DNA of 64,000 nucleotides from Azolla caroliniana (Eukaryota; Plantae; Polypodiophyta), in the NCBI GenBank assembly GCA_043228905.1, contig JBHGNT010000002.1, positions 10,974,001-11,038,000 on the forward strand, read 5' to 3'. This document shows positions 46,931-59,300 of this stretch, in pieces (the first letter of the stretch is position 1; every line of letters begins with the position of its first letter). The notes under the pieces were generated by a model, which was not told the origin of the DNA, did not search any database, and worked only from the letters and a program-made list of their open reading frames with translations. Position numbers and translations under genes: made by a program.

Positions 46931-48418
46931 TGTCAAGATTCGAACTCTTGACATAACCATGTTGTAATCGAGTGTTATGTGTTAACCACACATCTAGCAT
47001 ATAATCATGTATATACTTCCTCATTGTAGGTTTTAGCTAGCATCATGTGCATAATTTCTCCCTTGTATGATTAACACTTGGCACATGCATGCGTACCTAC
47101 TGCCTACATGCTCTATTGTATCACATGCTTGCAACAGGTATGCATGTCACTTAGTATAAATAGTTGAGTTCACCTTGAAGGAATTCAAGGTGAACAACGC
47201 CAGTCATGGACATAACAATCTAGTATTCTCATTTTGCCCAATCTTGTCTCCTTAATCTTCATCTCTATCTTTATGCTCTTATGTCATTCCGTCATTGCTC
47301 CGTTGTAGCCTCATTATCCGTGCTCCGTCTTAGTCCACACTTGGTGTGTCTGTGACAGTTTGTTCACCTTCCAACTAGAAGCATCACCTGTCTCCGTCAT
47401 CGCCCTTGCTTCTAGAGTTACCATCGTCACCGTACCATCATCAACATCGCTTCATTTCCTATCTTCCTCGCCGTTTCTATCTCCTAGTTTCTTCTCATAA
47501 TTTTCATTGTCTTTTAGTTCTCCTCGTCATTGTCTCTATTTTTTAGTTTCTTTCCCGTTCATGTTCGTGTTCTAGTTCCCGGTGAGGGCCGCATGGTCAC
47601 TCACGCAAGTTCGTGTTCGAGTTCCCAATGAGGGCCGCATGGTCGCTCATGCACGTTCGTGTTCGAGTTCCCGATGAGGGCCGCATTGTCGCTCACACCC
47701 ATTCTTGTTCTTGTGCCTGGTGAGGGTCGCATGGTCGCTCACACCCATTCGTGTTCTTGTGCCTGGTGAGGGTCGCATGGTCGCTCACACCCGTTGATAT
47801 TTGTGTTCTAGTTCTAGGCGAGGACCACACATGGTCGCTCATGCCCGTTGGTGTTAAATACCTCGTCTTGTGGAAGGGTTACTCCTTGTCTAGTGTTTAC
47901 AAAATACTTTCGAGGTGATCTAAGATTTTCATCAACAATATCCCCTTAAGCCGACAAACGATTTGGGAAGGCATCGTTGGAGGGGGGATAATGTCAAGAT
48001 TCGAACTCTTGACATAACCATGTTGTAATCGAGTGTTATGTGTTAACCACACATCTAGCATATAATCATGTATATACTTCCTCATTGTAGGTTTTAGCTA
48101 GCATCAAGTGCATAATTTCTCCCTTGTATTATTAACACTTAGCACATGCATGCGTACCTACTGCCTACATGCTCTAGTGTATCACATGCTTGCAACAGGT
48201 ATGCATGCTACTTAGTATAAATAGTTGAGTTCACCTTGAATTCCTTCAAGGTGAACAACGCCAGTCATAGAAATATCAATCTAGTATTCTCATTTCGCCC
48301 AATCTTGTCTCCTTAATCTTCATCTCTATCTTTATGCTCTTATGTCATTCCGTCATTGCTCCATTGTAGCCTCATTATCCGTGCTCCGTCTTAGTCCGCG
48401 CTTGGTGTGTCTGTGATA
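46931..48418 (+). mobile_element. TRIM-like non-autonomous LTR element N
   Basis: 427-bp LTRs 46931-47357 and 47992-48418; non-coding 634-bp interior; PPT GGAGGGGGG before 47992; TSD GTATT. Confidence 0.93.
47560..47850. repeat. About six tandem ~45-50-bp units (GTGAGGGCCGCATGGTCGCTCAC) inside N
   Basis: Direct inspection. Confidence 0.85.
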
Positions 48419-50102
48419 GTATTGAATGAGTCGTATCATCGCCTGTCTCGATCTCGTCGACCGTGAGCTACGACTTGACCGCCTGTTTCGATGAAGCACC
48501 CGTCGTTGTTGAATCGTACTTGCATTCCTTGTTCGACAATCTGGTCGACTGAGACTAAGTTTTTTGTGATGGTGGGAACATGTAGTACATTCTTTAGGTA
48601 GGTTTCTTTGCCGTCGTTTCCGAATGGGATATTCCTGATATGCTGTATTGGATGAGTCGTGTCATCACCTGTCTCGACATATCCGGGACGTTCGGGTTTT
48701 CGTAATTCCCGAAACCAATCTTCAAGAGACGTCATGTCATTTGACGCTCCTGAATTGATAAACCATACATTATTTGAGGTGGACGCGCCAGTTGAAGCCT
48801 GTGCGGACATTGACTGCGCTTCATGTTTCATTATGCACATTTCGCCATGGTCGTCGTAGTTGGAATTCGAAGCGTAATTAGTAAGTTGTCGGCATGCCTC
48901 GTGCTTCTTCTTTCGGCACTCCTATTCGTAATGGCCAAGTTTTCTGTAGTACCCGCATTCGATTGGGTTTCTACGATTGCTTGGTCTGGCGTGATGACTC
49001 CCCCTTCCGCCGAACTCTCTGGGACCAGATCTGTCTGCTTGCCATTGGTGGGGGTTGCGCTCATGATTGTGTCGGCCTTAGCCAAATCGGCCTCTCCTTC
49101 CACAACTGTGTCCTCTTCCTCCATCGAAATTCAAATACAACATTTGTCCATCATGCGTGTTGTTCTTTTGACGCGCGTGATTCTCCTTGACAAGTAATAA
49201 TGATTGGAGGTCAAAAAAGGAAGGAGGATTCTCTCTTGTAAGGATGGTCGATCTAATTGAGCCAAATTGAGGTGTTAAGCCACCGAAGGATATTTGCACC
49301 ATCTCGTCATCATCGATGATGACATTGATCGAACTGAGGGTGTCACATAGTTCCTTGATCTTCAAGGTGTAACTTGTGATCGACATATCCCTCTGTTGCA
49401 GATTGTTTAGCTCCTGTCGAAGTTGGAGCTTCCATGCAGCCGTATTGGCCACAAAGATTTTCTTGAGGTTTTCCCACACTTGTTTCGGCATTTTTGCCTC
49501 TCTGATATATCCCAGCATATGATCATGTACACATGATGCCAAGCAATACAACACACGTCTAGCGGCCTGCTCCCAAACAGGATAGTTGGTGTGTGTTGGG
49601 TTGGCTTGCGTTTCATGAGCTCCTTCAATGTAGCTCTAGTAACCTTGCATGACAAGGTATTGATGCATCTTGTATTCCCAAGATGCGAAGTTCATTCTGT
49701 CGAGCTTCTCCGTCGGAAGAGCGTTTCCCATCTGAGTATTCATGGTGGTTTCTTCTCTGTTGATGAGCCAGTTCTATTTTTTGTCAGCGTGTAGCACCAC
49801 ACAAGAAAATGAGGGGGATGATCAAGCAACCACAAGCTCTGAAACCATGTAAACAGGAGCAAGAGTGGCTGAGATGCAGCGGAAGGACTGTGTGTACGTA
49901 AGGCAAAAATAGAGAGAGAGTTTAAGACAGAGATAACTATGTATTGCATCCAACAGTAACAAAGTTACAAAGGGTTGGTTTAAATACCAACTAAATTAGG
50001 GCAAGGGCCCCTTTCTACTATTTACAAAACTAGCTTGGTATGTCCATGAGCTAGTGTGAATCCTATTTCTATGGGAAATTGAGTTTGATTCTCGATAGGA
50101 TT

Positions 50103-53100
50103 CCATCTGCAATGAAAAATACATACCCCCAGAAACCTTTGTACTTCTGAGATGGATGTACATTCCCCTTGCATATTTGGAATTGCATTGATCTTGGTTG
50201 GGGATGGCTTTTTCCCATACGGGCCACACATATGACCAACTATTAATATCTCTTTTGCCGCAAATATTGACTTTGTCCTTGATAATGTCAAATGCACTTC
50301 TTCCATCCTTGATAATATCTTCTCACAATCCTTGATATGGTCAACAATGAATTGTCGGCAACCAGTTTTGTCCAATTCCTCTTTCTTCTCTTCCTCCTTG
50401 CATCCCTTAATGGGAACATCATCTAAAAAATGCATTGTAATATGAGGAATAAAATCACAAAGTACCTTGTTCATTCCATTCATCACATGCACCACTGAGT
50501 TGGTCACTCCTTGCGGCAGGGTACACATCCATACTAACTCTATAGGTGTCTTGATAGAAGTAATATCTCGACGTTTGATAGCAAGTTGAAATTGATCATA
50601 CCCAGAATAAAGGTCTCCCATTGAATATATAGCTCTTCCTGCAAACATCTTAGCAAACTCATCCACAATTGGCCCTACTCCCGAGTTTCGGATTATTACC
50701 TTATTCACGGGTTGCATATCTTGGATAAATCAGAGCCGTCCATCTTTCTTTAACACAATAAACCATCAACTCGAGTAAGGAGCGTTCGATGGTTCCAAGA
50801 TACCCATCCTTATCTTTTCTTTCAGAAGTTCTAATAGTTGAGGGATTCTAACCCTTGGCATGGGTATTGGCTTAAAGTTCCATGGAATATGAGGGATAGT
50901 GAATATAACTATGGGCTCTACTATTCCTGGATCCACACCCTTTTTAACATCTCCCTGAATTGCTTTTCTTCAGCTGGTAATAGGATGTCAACCCCTCCTA
51001 TTTTCATCTCATGTATTGTTTCTAGAGTAAACACATGTCCCACCTTTCGTGGGTCTCTGATCATTGGCTCTGTGGTAGCTTCTTTGATTGCTCTTTCACT
51101 ATCCCCTGGAAGTGGAGCAGCAATAGGATGAACCTTCTTCTCCACTATTTTGTACTTTGTTAGGTCATGTGCCTCATGATCGAATGGACAAGAACTTGGA
51201 TTTCATTGTCGTCCTCCATTGCTTCCAAATGAGTTATTGTATCTTCAAAACTTAATTCTTCAAACATATCCTGAATTTCTTCATCATCATCTATTAATCC
51301 AAAACACTTAAAGTACTCGGAACAATTTTGTATTTTATTATTATCTACTTTTAGCATAGAAGTAGCATCACTAGATGACATTGTACAAGGAATATCTTTA
51401 TTTACATTATTATTTATGGGGTTTTCTTTCATGTCCAGGCTATCACAACCCCTACTTGTAAAAGCCCTATCTAAAAATCCTTGGACAATTCTTCATCCAC
51501 CTCCCCAAGTGGACGTTCCCTCAAGCATTCTTTATTTCTTTCGTGGTTGGGCCTCACGGTTAACAATTGGACTGTCTTTCTTCCATCTTCACTCTTGATT
51601 CTCGCGAAAGCTAAACCATCATCAATCACCTTTGTTTCCATCCTGACTGCGGTGATGTCATGTTGACCAAGGATGACGGGGTAGGTTGATTGATCCTGCA
51701 CAAAAAAAAATTGATTCGCCGACACATCACCAATTGTTACCTTCACATTGGGCCATGCTCCAAATAGATCCTTCGTAGTCTCTATGGCAGCTCTTATCTT
51801 CCACCCATGATTCTTGTCGATCGGCCACTATCCTTGAAAGTAAAATTCTGACGACATCATGCTAATCTCGGATCCATGATCGATCAAAGCAATACATGGA
51901 ATTTGTTGCTCCTCAATTTTTGCAAGTGCCTCCGTTGTTGCTTGAGCCCAATGGTCCCTTGTATAGTGATTCCTATCCTCTTCATGAACCCCAACATCAT
52001 TTCTGTTTTTTACACTTGCAGCGTTTATGGTGCCACCATACAAATCTCGGAGTGTTGATGCACACCCTCTCGTAACTTCATCCGTCACCTGTCTCTTTCT
52101 TCGAATAATATCTATGATAACTTCATGAAATTCTTTCTTTGCTATACCCAACACTTCTCTTAAAGTAAATTCTACCATACTATTTAATGTTCTTGTTTCT
52201 AGTACCTTTTCTATATCCGTCCTTGTTTCTATGTCTGAAGCAAGCTTGAAAGATGGGCCTATCTTCCCTTTTACTCTATCAGTTTCCTTCGTCCTAGGAG
52301 CACCCTTTTCCATCTCTCTTCTCTTTTGTTCTTGTGTCTCATGTTTCTTTGCTAGATCAGCCTCCTCAACTCTCTTTCACTTCTCTTCTACTAATACCTC
52401 TTGTGCATTCACTTGGGCGTATGCTGATAGTGCGTCTACTAGATCCTCACATCCAGTGAAGTTCCGTATTTCATCTCCCGCTCTCTTTAATTCATTCACT
52501 CAAACCTTCCCTTTTCTTGCATACTCCATCACATCTTGCCAAAAGCCAGATCCGCCATGTGAGTCTTCTACACGCAACCCTAAGGTTGCCACGGATTGTA
52601 TCACTTGAGTTGTTCTCTCTCAGCATCTTCCATTAGCTTTTTCAATCCACCTCACCCAAAGTTGTGTTGAAGTGGTTGTCGAGTCTCTGTTGAGTGAATC
52701 TTGCCATCTTGATAGTAGATTTTATCATGATTAAGATCATCCCTATGTTCTTGACAATCTTTCTTCTAGTGGTTGATATTGTCACACCATATACACCTTT
52801 GGACCATTCCACCTCCTTGTCTTGATGAAGTTGAGCTTTGTCTCGATTCCAGTTTCGTCACTTTGATCAACAAGTCTTTCATTCCTTTGACCAATTCGTG
52901 CAAGAGAGATTGTTCTACTTTCTTTTCTCCTGGATCGTTCCTTGTTTCTTCTTCATTTCTCTCCGACAGCTCCATAAACCATAACTTTCTTTTACAGAAA
53001 TGGGCGCAAGCCCTTTTCACCTCCTCCCGGTCTTCGGTAAGTCCACTTGAACTATTCTGATATTCCAAATGCATTCCCAAGTCCTTCTTGTCTTTAATAT

Positions 53101-53584
53101 CAATAGCTTGTAGAAACAATATTACTTTATCTAGCGCTATTATATTTCTATCTCTAACATTTAATTGCTCAAATCTTTCAGAAAACTCTTTTAATACTTC
53201 CAAAACACTTAAATATTTATTAGACTCTACCCAATCCATGAAAGCTCGCCTTGTCATCTTTGACATACCGTTGAGGTTGTATTCATTCAATAATGCTCTT
53301 TCAAAAGTTTCGCATGTCTGATGCTCCCTCTGTAGCTCCTGGATCCTTTGTTGGAGCCCAATCACAACGACTCGACTAAAGCTATTAATTTTGGTAGCTT
53401 CGTTGACAGCACATTTAAGCATTTCTTCATTTTAAATTTTCAGAAATCTTGTTAAATTCATACCTTCGAAGATTCCTACTCGTACAAGAATATTGGCAAC
53501 GGCTTTGTCGATGCTTGCCGTCATCCCTTGCTCTCGCATCATTTGTTCCATCATCGTACACATAAACCTAATTTGCTCCTCCAT
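50103..53584 (-). pseudogene. pol: Gypsy A gag-protease, -1 frameshift, then RT
   Basis: CIWCD knuckle, LIDHGSE..ILGQ protease, DLYSGYDQF, LPQGVTNSV, FLDDVPIKG. Confidence 0.9.
51438..51480 (-). promoter_or_regulatory. Putative -1 ribosomal frameshift signal
   Basis: G-GAT-TTT-TAG slippery site followed by the stem GGCTTTTACAA/TTGTGATAGCC; the -1 frame joins ORF 51160-51432. Confidence 0.65.
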
Positions 53585-53591
53585 TTGTCCT

Positions 53592-54248
53592 TGTCACCGC
53601 CTTCACGTCGGGTTCACCAAATGTGCTGGGGTAGTTGTGGTTTGTGCGGCGAAGTCGTAGGGACTAAGGTTAAAAGGAGTTGGCTATATATTTTATAAGG
53701 CTTGTGCAACAATGTTAGAAAGATTAAGGATAGGAAGAACAAGAGTTAGAAGTAATGTGCGAGAGACAAATGAGCATAGATAAGAGATAAGAGACAATGT
53801 ATGATTCAAGAAGCAAGATAGAGACAAAGTATGATTTAAGAAACAAGATAGAGACAACGTATGATTTGAGAAGCAAGAGTATATGATTTGGCGCTCATAC
53901 ATTACATGTGATGCATGATAGACATCTCGCTCATTTGAGCTTTCATGTATGAAAATATACATGGCATAAGAAGAAGCATGAAAATATGTTTTTAAAAACA
54001 AATGACCTTGTCTAATGGTATATGCCTTGTATTTGGTATGTGAGGTCATGGGTTCAAGTTTCTCAAATCTTATTGAATACAATATTTTCATTTATATTTA
54101 TATCCTTCATACACCCTAAAATAAATAACCTAACCTAGTGGTATGTACTTCCTACTTGGTGTGTTAGCTTATGGGCTCAAGTCTTTCAAATATTACTAAA
54201 TACAATATGTTAGTTTATTTTATATTGTGAAACAAATCCTTCACGATA
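53592..54248 (-). repeat. 5' LTR of Gypsy A with two antisense tRNA-like units (~54003-54065, ~54128-54185)
   Basis: Aligns to 2674-2965; the inner end (GTGACA, 7 nt before the gag ATG) is inferred. Confidence 0.78.
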
Positions 54249-56352
54249 ACGGCTCCGGTTTGTTTCAATGGGGAACAGAAGCCGGTGTTACTTCCCAAGC
54301 TGGAAGGCTTCACAAATTTGGGCCTTCCAGCTACTAAATTTTGGCAATTCGAAAACAATTTGTTTCGATTGCAGGTCTTGAAGCCTCTGATAGTTGACGT
54401 GGCCGATCCGCTTGTGCCACAGGTCAATATCCGATTCGACCTTCTATCCTTTTGCAAACAAAGCAATGCTGACGTTGTTGGTGTCAAGGATAAACATCCT
54501 CCCGCGCGATGACTTGGCCCTCTTCCTCGATAAAGCACTCGACATGCGTAAACTGCGCCTGCATCCCCTGGTCGACAATCTGATCGACCGACGCCAGGTT
54601 CTTTGTGATTTTCAGGACATGAAGCACGTTCATAAGTTTCCCTTTTTGTTCAACATGACTTAAGGGAAGTTCTCCGACATGCATGATCGGGTGAGGAGTG
54701 TCGTCTCCGGTTTCGACAACTCCTGGTTGCTCCAGCTTTTCCAAAAACAAGAACCACTCTTCGTGGCCCGTCATGTGATTAGACACTCTGGAGTCAAAAT
54801 AACACACTTCCTCCAATCTGGAAGTGGTTTCCTTCATTGAGTTTTCCTTGTGCTTCATCACGAAGACTAGCCCTTTTCCGGTCTTCCCGGTTTCGGATCC
54901 TTCCGATCCTTCAACATAGTGCAACTTTGTCGGTTCCCTTGTCCCGCTTTACCGGATCTGGATTTATCTGAATCAGCATGCTTCTTCCAGCACTCACTTT
55001 CCCGGTGGCCCTTCTTGCCACAATACCAACATTCCGTTTCGGTTTTTGATTGCTCATTTCCGGCACCGTTTGGACTCCCCCTGCTTGTAGAGGGTCTAGA
55101 ACTGTTCTCAGCACTACCTCTGTGCCTTCGGTTCGGCTCTTGTTGGCCACCTGCATTCCATGCTGACCCATCTCGTCCTCCACACCCACGGGGCCGATCC
55201 GCCTCCATGTACAACATCCAGTTGTCCGATTGAGTGGTCCTTGACCCAATCACGTGGTTTTCTTCGAACATCAACATAGGTTGCAGGTCGAAGGACGGTG
55301 GTTTCTCCCGGGTGCAAATCATTGTCCGGATTGGCTCGTACCATTATGCTAGACCATCGAGGCAAATCTAGACCATCTCATCCTCGTCCACTATCACTTT
55401 AACGGAACCGAGCGCGTCACAGATCTCCTTGATATTGGTGGTGTACTTGGTGACTGACATGTCCCGTTGCAAGATATTGTTGAGTCTTGCCGAAGCGGCA
55501 TGTTTTGAGTTGTGGTACTTGAGACGAAAATCTTTCGTAGATGTTCACAGACCTCTTTTGGTGTTTTTGCATCCCTGATGTAGCCGAGCATCTGTTCATG
55601 CACACAAAACACGAGGTAGTACAATACTTTGCTCGCTCGTTGTTCCCATACCGGGAAGTCCTTCTGTGCCGAATCCCGCATTGCTACATTTGCTCCTTCC
55701 ACGTAGCTCTAGTATCCATGACCCAACAAGTACTGGTGCATTTTATACGACTAGGACACATTGTTTCTCCAATCGAACTTTTCCGTACGAAGCGAGCTCG
55801 CCATACTTCTGTCCATATCTTTCTTTTTTTCGGTCTGTGCTATTCCAAAAGTTAGGGTTTTTCTATTTTGAGCAATTGTCGGCAACAGAGGTTCTCAACC
55901 CTCGCACTCTGATACCATGTCAAAGTTAATATGCGAAAGCTTTGACGAACTAGTTTATCCGGATAGCAATAGAAAACGCACACAGGTTTAATGGAAGCTT
56001 GAATCACACCGACAGAGATCGGGAGAGACGGAGAGAGCAAAACAACATAAACTCAATTCAAAATAATAATGCTCTATATCCATACAATGTCCGACATAAC
56101 ACTTTTTACACAAGTCCTTAAATGGACTGATAGAAGTATTGACAAGTACTTCAATGCTCATACGAGCGACTAACACTGACTCCCAAAAATACGCCTACAT
56201 ACTAGGCTACATTTGTAGGCGTCTAACAGCCTACCAATTACAATCCGGTCCGTCTCTCTTATCCAACTCCTAGTTCCGAATACCATTCGGACACCGATCC
56301 GGCTATGGCTTATTCAGTCGATCTAGATCCGGTTGAGCTTGTCCCCTCAACA
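54249..56352 (-). mobile_element. Copia M, 5' part (LTR, gag, protease), interrupted by A
   Basis: LTR 55918-56352; PBS 55906-55917; CWYCGKKGHRESEC. Confidence 0.9.
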
Positions 56353-59300
56353 AGTGGTGATGATGTTTGAACATCTCATCCTATGCTTAGACCAATGTCA
56401 TCAAGGTCAACTTAGTTTAAATACGGCTAAATGTGCATTCGGTGTAACGAGTGGTATGTTGCTCGGACATATCGTCAGTCGGGACAGTAATGGAGGCTCC
56501 ACCACCAATCAATGCCAAAGCCCTCAGTCGATTTTTGGGCCAAATAAGATGGCATAGTCAGATGATCCGGTATCTGGCCGACGTGGCGACACTTTTACAT
56601 GTGGTAGTACATAAAGTGCCTTTTCAATGGACAACTACTAAAGAAGATGCATACGACTATCTCAATAAGATGCTAGCAAAGGTACTAGTTGTACAACCAC
56701 CCGTTTGGGAACATGATTTTCATGTCTTTGTGGACGCTTCCAATGTCACAATCGGAAGTTCTTTAGTGCAGTTATCAGAGTCGAATTGGTCCCAGCTAGT
56801 ATACTGTGTGAGTCGAAAATTATCAACTGCCGAACGCAATTATTCGACAAACAAACGTGAGGCTCTCGGAATGATTTATAACATCAACAAATTCTGACAT
56901 TACTTGTTGGGTCAGAAATTCACATTTCATGTTGATCATTTGGCATTATTGTATTTAGTCTCCAAACAAGAATTAACAAATAAATTGGCTAGATGGACAC
57001 CACTGCTGCAAGAATTAGAATTTGATATAATTCATCGACTAGGGGTCCAACATGCAGTAGCCTACTATCTTAGTCGATTAGAGTTGGGAGAGCCACGAAC
57101 ATGAGTGAAGGATGATTTTACTAACACTCAACTCTTCTGAGTCAACACAATGGTTTCGACTGAAGTGGATGAAGAGATGGCTGATTTATGGATCACGGAA
57201 ATGTCGATCTTCCTTAGTACCAGATTGTCACCCGAAGGGATGCCAATAGATGAACGAAAAAGACTAGCAGTTCGGAGTCGGAATTTCTGCTTATTGAATG
57301 ACACACTATATCATAAGGGAGCAGATGGCATATGGAAACGCGCGGTTCGACAATTTGAAAAGGAGACAATTTTGCGTGAAGCTCATTGCAGAATAGCAAG
57401 AGGTCATTATACTAGTGAAACGACCACCAGAAAAATATGGAATAGTGGGCTATGGTGGCCAACTACGACAAAGGATGCAATAGAATACTGCTGACAATGC
57501 GATTTATGTTAACGAATCGGGCCACCAACAAAATAGGATTGCATGCCGCACCAACCGGTATTGCTATTAGAACCATTCTAGAAATGGGGTCTCGACTTTT
57601 CGGACCATTCAAACCGGCAACAACAAGAACAGGGAATCAATATATAATAGTCGTTACCGACTACTGTACAAAGTGGATCGAAGCCAAAGAGCTTCGGGAT
57701 AATACAACAGTGTCGACAACGAAATTCCTCTACATATGGTGTTGATTTGATTGCCCAATTGAATTATTCAGGGATTAGGGTACACATTTTGTAAACAAAA
57801 TTATTCATGAATTATCAACCTATTATGTAGTCGTACATAAAAGGAGTACCCCGTACTATCCGCAAGCTAATGGGTTGGCCGAATCAACCAATAAGGCAAT
57901 GCAGATGATTATGAGGAAGATAATCAATGAGAATAGAACTGATTTGGATCAAAAGGTGCATAGTGCTTTATGGGCTTATCGCACCGCGTACAAGACAATG
58001 ATCAAGTCGACTCCGTTCCGAATGGCATTCGGATTAGAGGCAGTAATGCCAATCAAATTTCAAAGTCCGCCATTATGCGTACAGGTAACAAAACGACTTG
58101 ACGAGGAACAGTCGGAACAAGTTCGAAAGGAGCAATTACTATTGCTAGAGGAGAGTCGGCTACAAGGTATGTGTCACTTAGAGCAGAAGTAGAGACGTCC
58201 TAAGGCGTTCGTCGACCGACACTGAAAAAATAAGGAAAAATCTTCAAAGTCGGTAAGCTAGTATTAGTGTTCCAAACAAAGATGGGGTGGATGCCGGGAA
58301 AGCTCAGATTCCGATGGACCGACCCTTTCTGGATTTTCGATAGTAAGAATGGAACATATCAAGTTAGCACATTAGCTGGTGAGATCTTGCCAAAATGGGT
58401 TAATGGATTTCGACTTAAGCCGTATTGGGGATCGACCCCGCCAAATCCATTTGGAGGAAGTATCGATATCGGTAGCCCACTGGGTACTCCGTGAGGGAGT
58501 AAAGGGACACCATTGTAAATATTATTATTAAAAATAATAATAATAAAGTATCTTGGCAAAAAATAACCGTAATAGAAAAATCATTCTTGTCATTAGTAGT
58601 TCTTGGTACTGTCATTTTCAGAATATAAAAGGACATGCAGGTTGATGATTTAATATTCATTACAAGTTGTGGTCATTGAAGAGCCATTAAAAGCAAATTC
58701 TACTTATAACGTTTAGTCTCGAAAATGGCCCATCGCTTCACCAAAACTCCATCGGCTACATTTTGTGTCAAAGAAAAACACAGACGTTTACAGGCAAACA
58801 GAGCATGAACAACAACAACCCACATTGGCACTCCGACCTTCTCCGACAAGAATCGAAAACAGTGGACTTGGTCTCAAAGAAGACACAGACGACATAATGC
58901 CGAGTCCAGTGTCAGATCGCTTGCGACAATGGCTGAAGTCGAATGGTCACATCCTCAAGAGGAAATGATTAAGGAGATCGATGTCAACAAGATAACAAAT
59001 AAATAGGTACGTCGATTTCTCAATCTCAAAATGGAAGGTTATGATTAGATGGATGCTCTTGGAGCCAGCATCCTGAAGTCATATTTTGGGGAATATTCAA
59101 CATCGACTAAGGTGTACAAGACTTAGGGAGGAGACGATGAATTTTTCCACGAAGTTGCCAAATTTTTATTTGAGGTTGCATGTGTCAGTCCGAGATTTTA
59201 CTACATGCCCAAACAATAGGTAGGGTTCATCATAGCAACATACAAAGAGGAGAAGATCGATTGGGGGTATATTACACTGGTGGCACTCCGCTAGCAATTA

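Larger units (their letters stand above)
43830..49743 (-). pseudogene. pol: Copia B gag-pol
   Basis: [34 protein letters not shown]. Confidence 0.9.
10741..50097 (-). mobile_element. Copia LTR retrotransposon B (body 43511-50097; 3' LTR split by S and C)
   Basis: 5' LTR 49848-50097; PBS TGGTTTCAGAGC 49836-49847; 3' LTR = 10741-10830 + 43511-43669; TSD AGATT/GGATT. Confidence 0.9.
2674..54248 (-). mobile_element. Gypsy LTR retrotransposon A (Ylt1-like RT motifs), expanded by ~45 kb of nested insertions
   Basis: 5' LTR ~53592-54248 matches the 3' LTR remnant 2674-2965. PPT at 2966-2977. Pol reads through once Copia B (..RWNP|DYAHLSEPL) and Copia E are removed. Confidence 0.88.

Noticed and set aside
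51160-51432. Separate insertion in Gypsy A
   Set aside because: No TSD or termini; it is the -1-frame linker leading toward RT.
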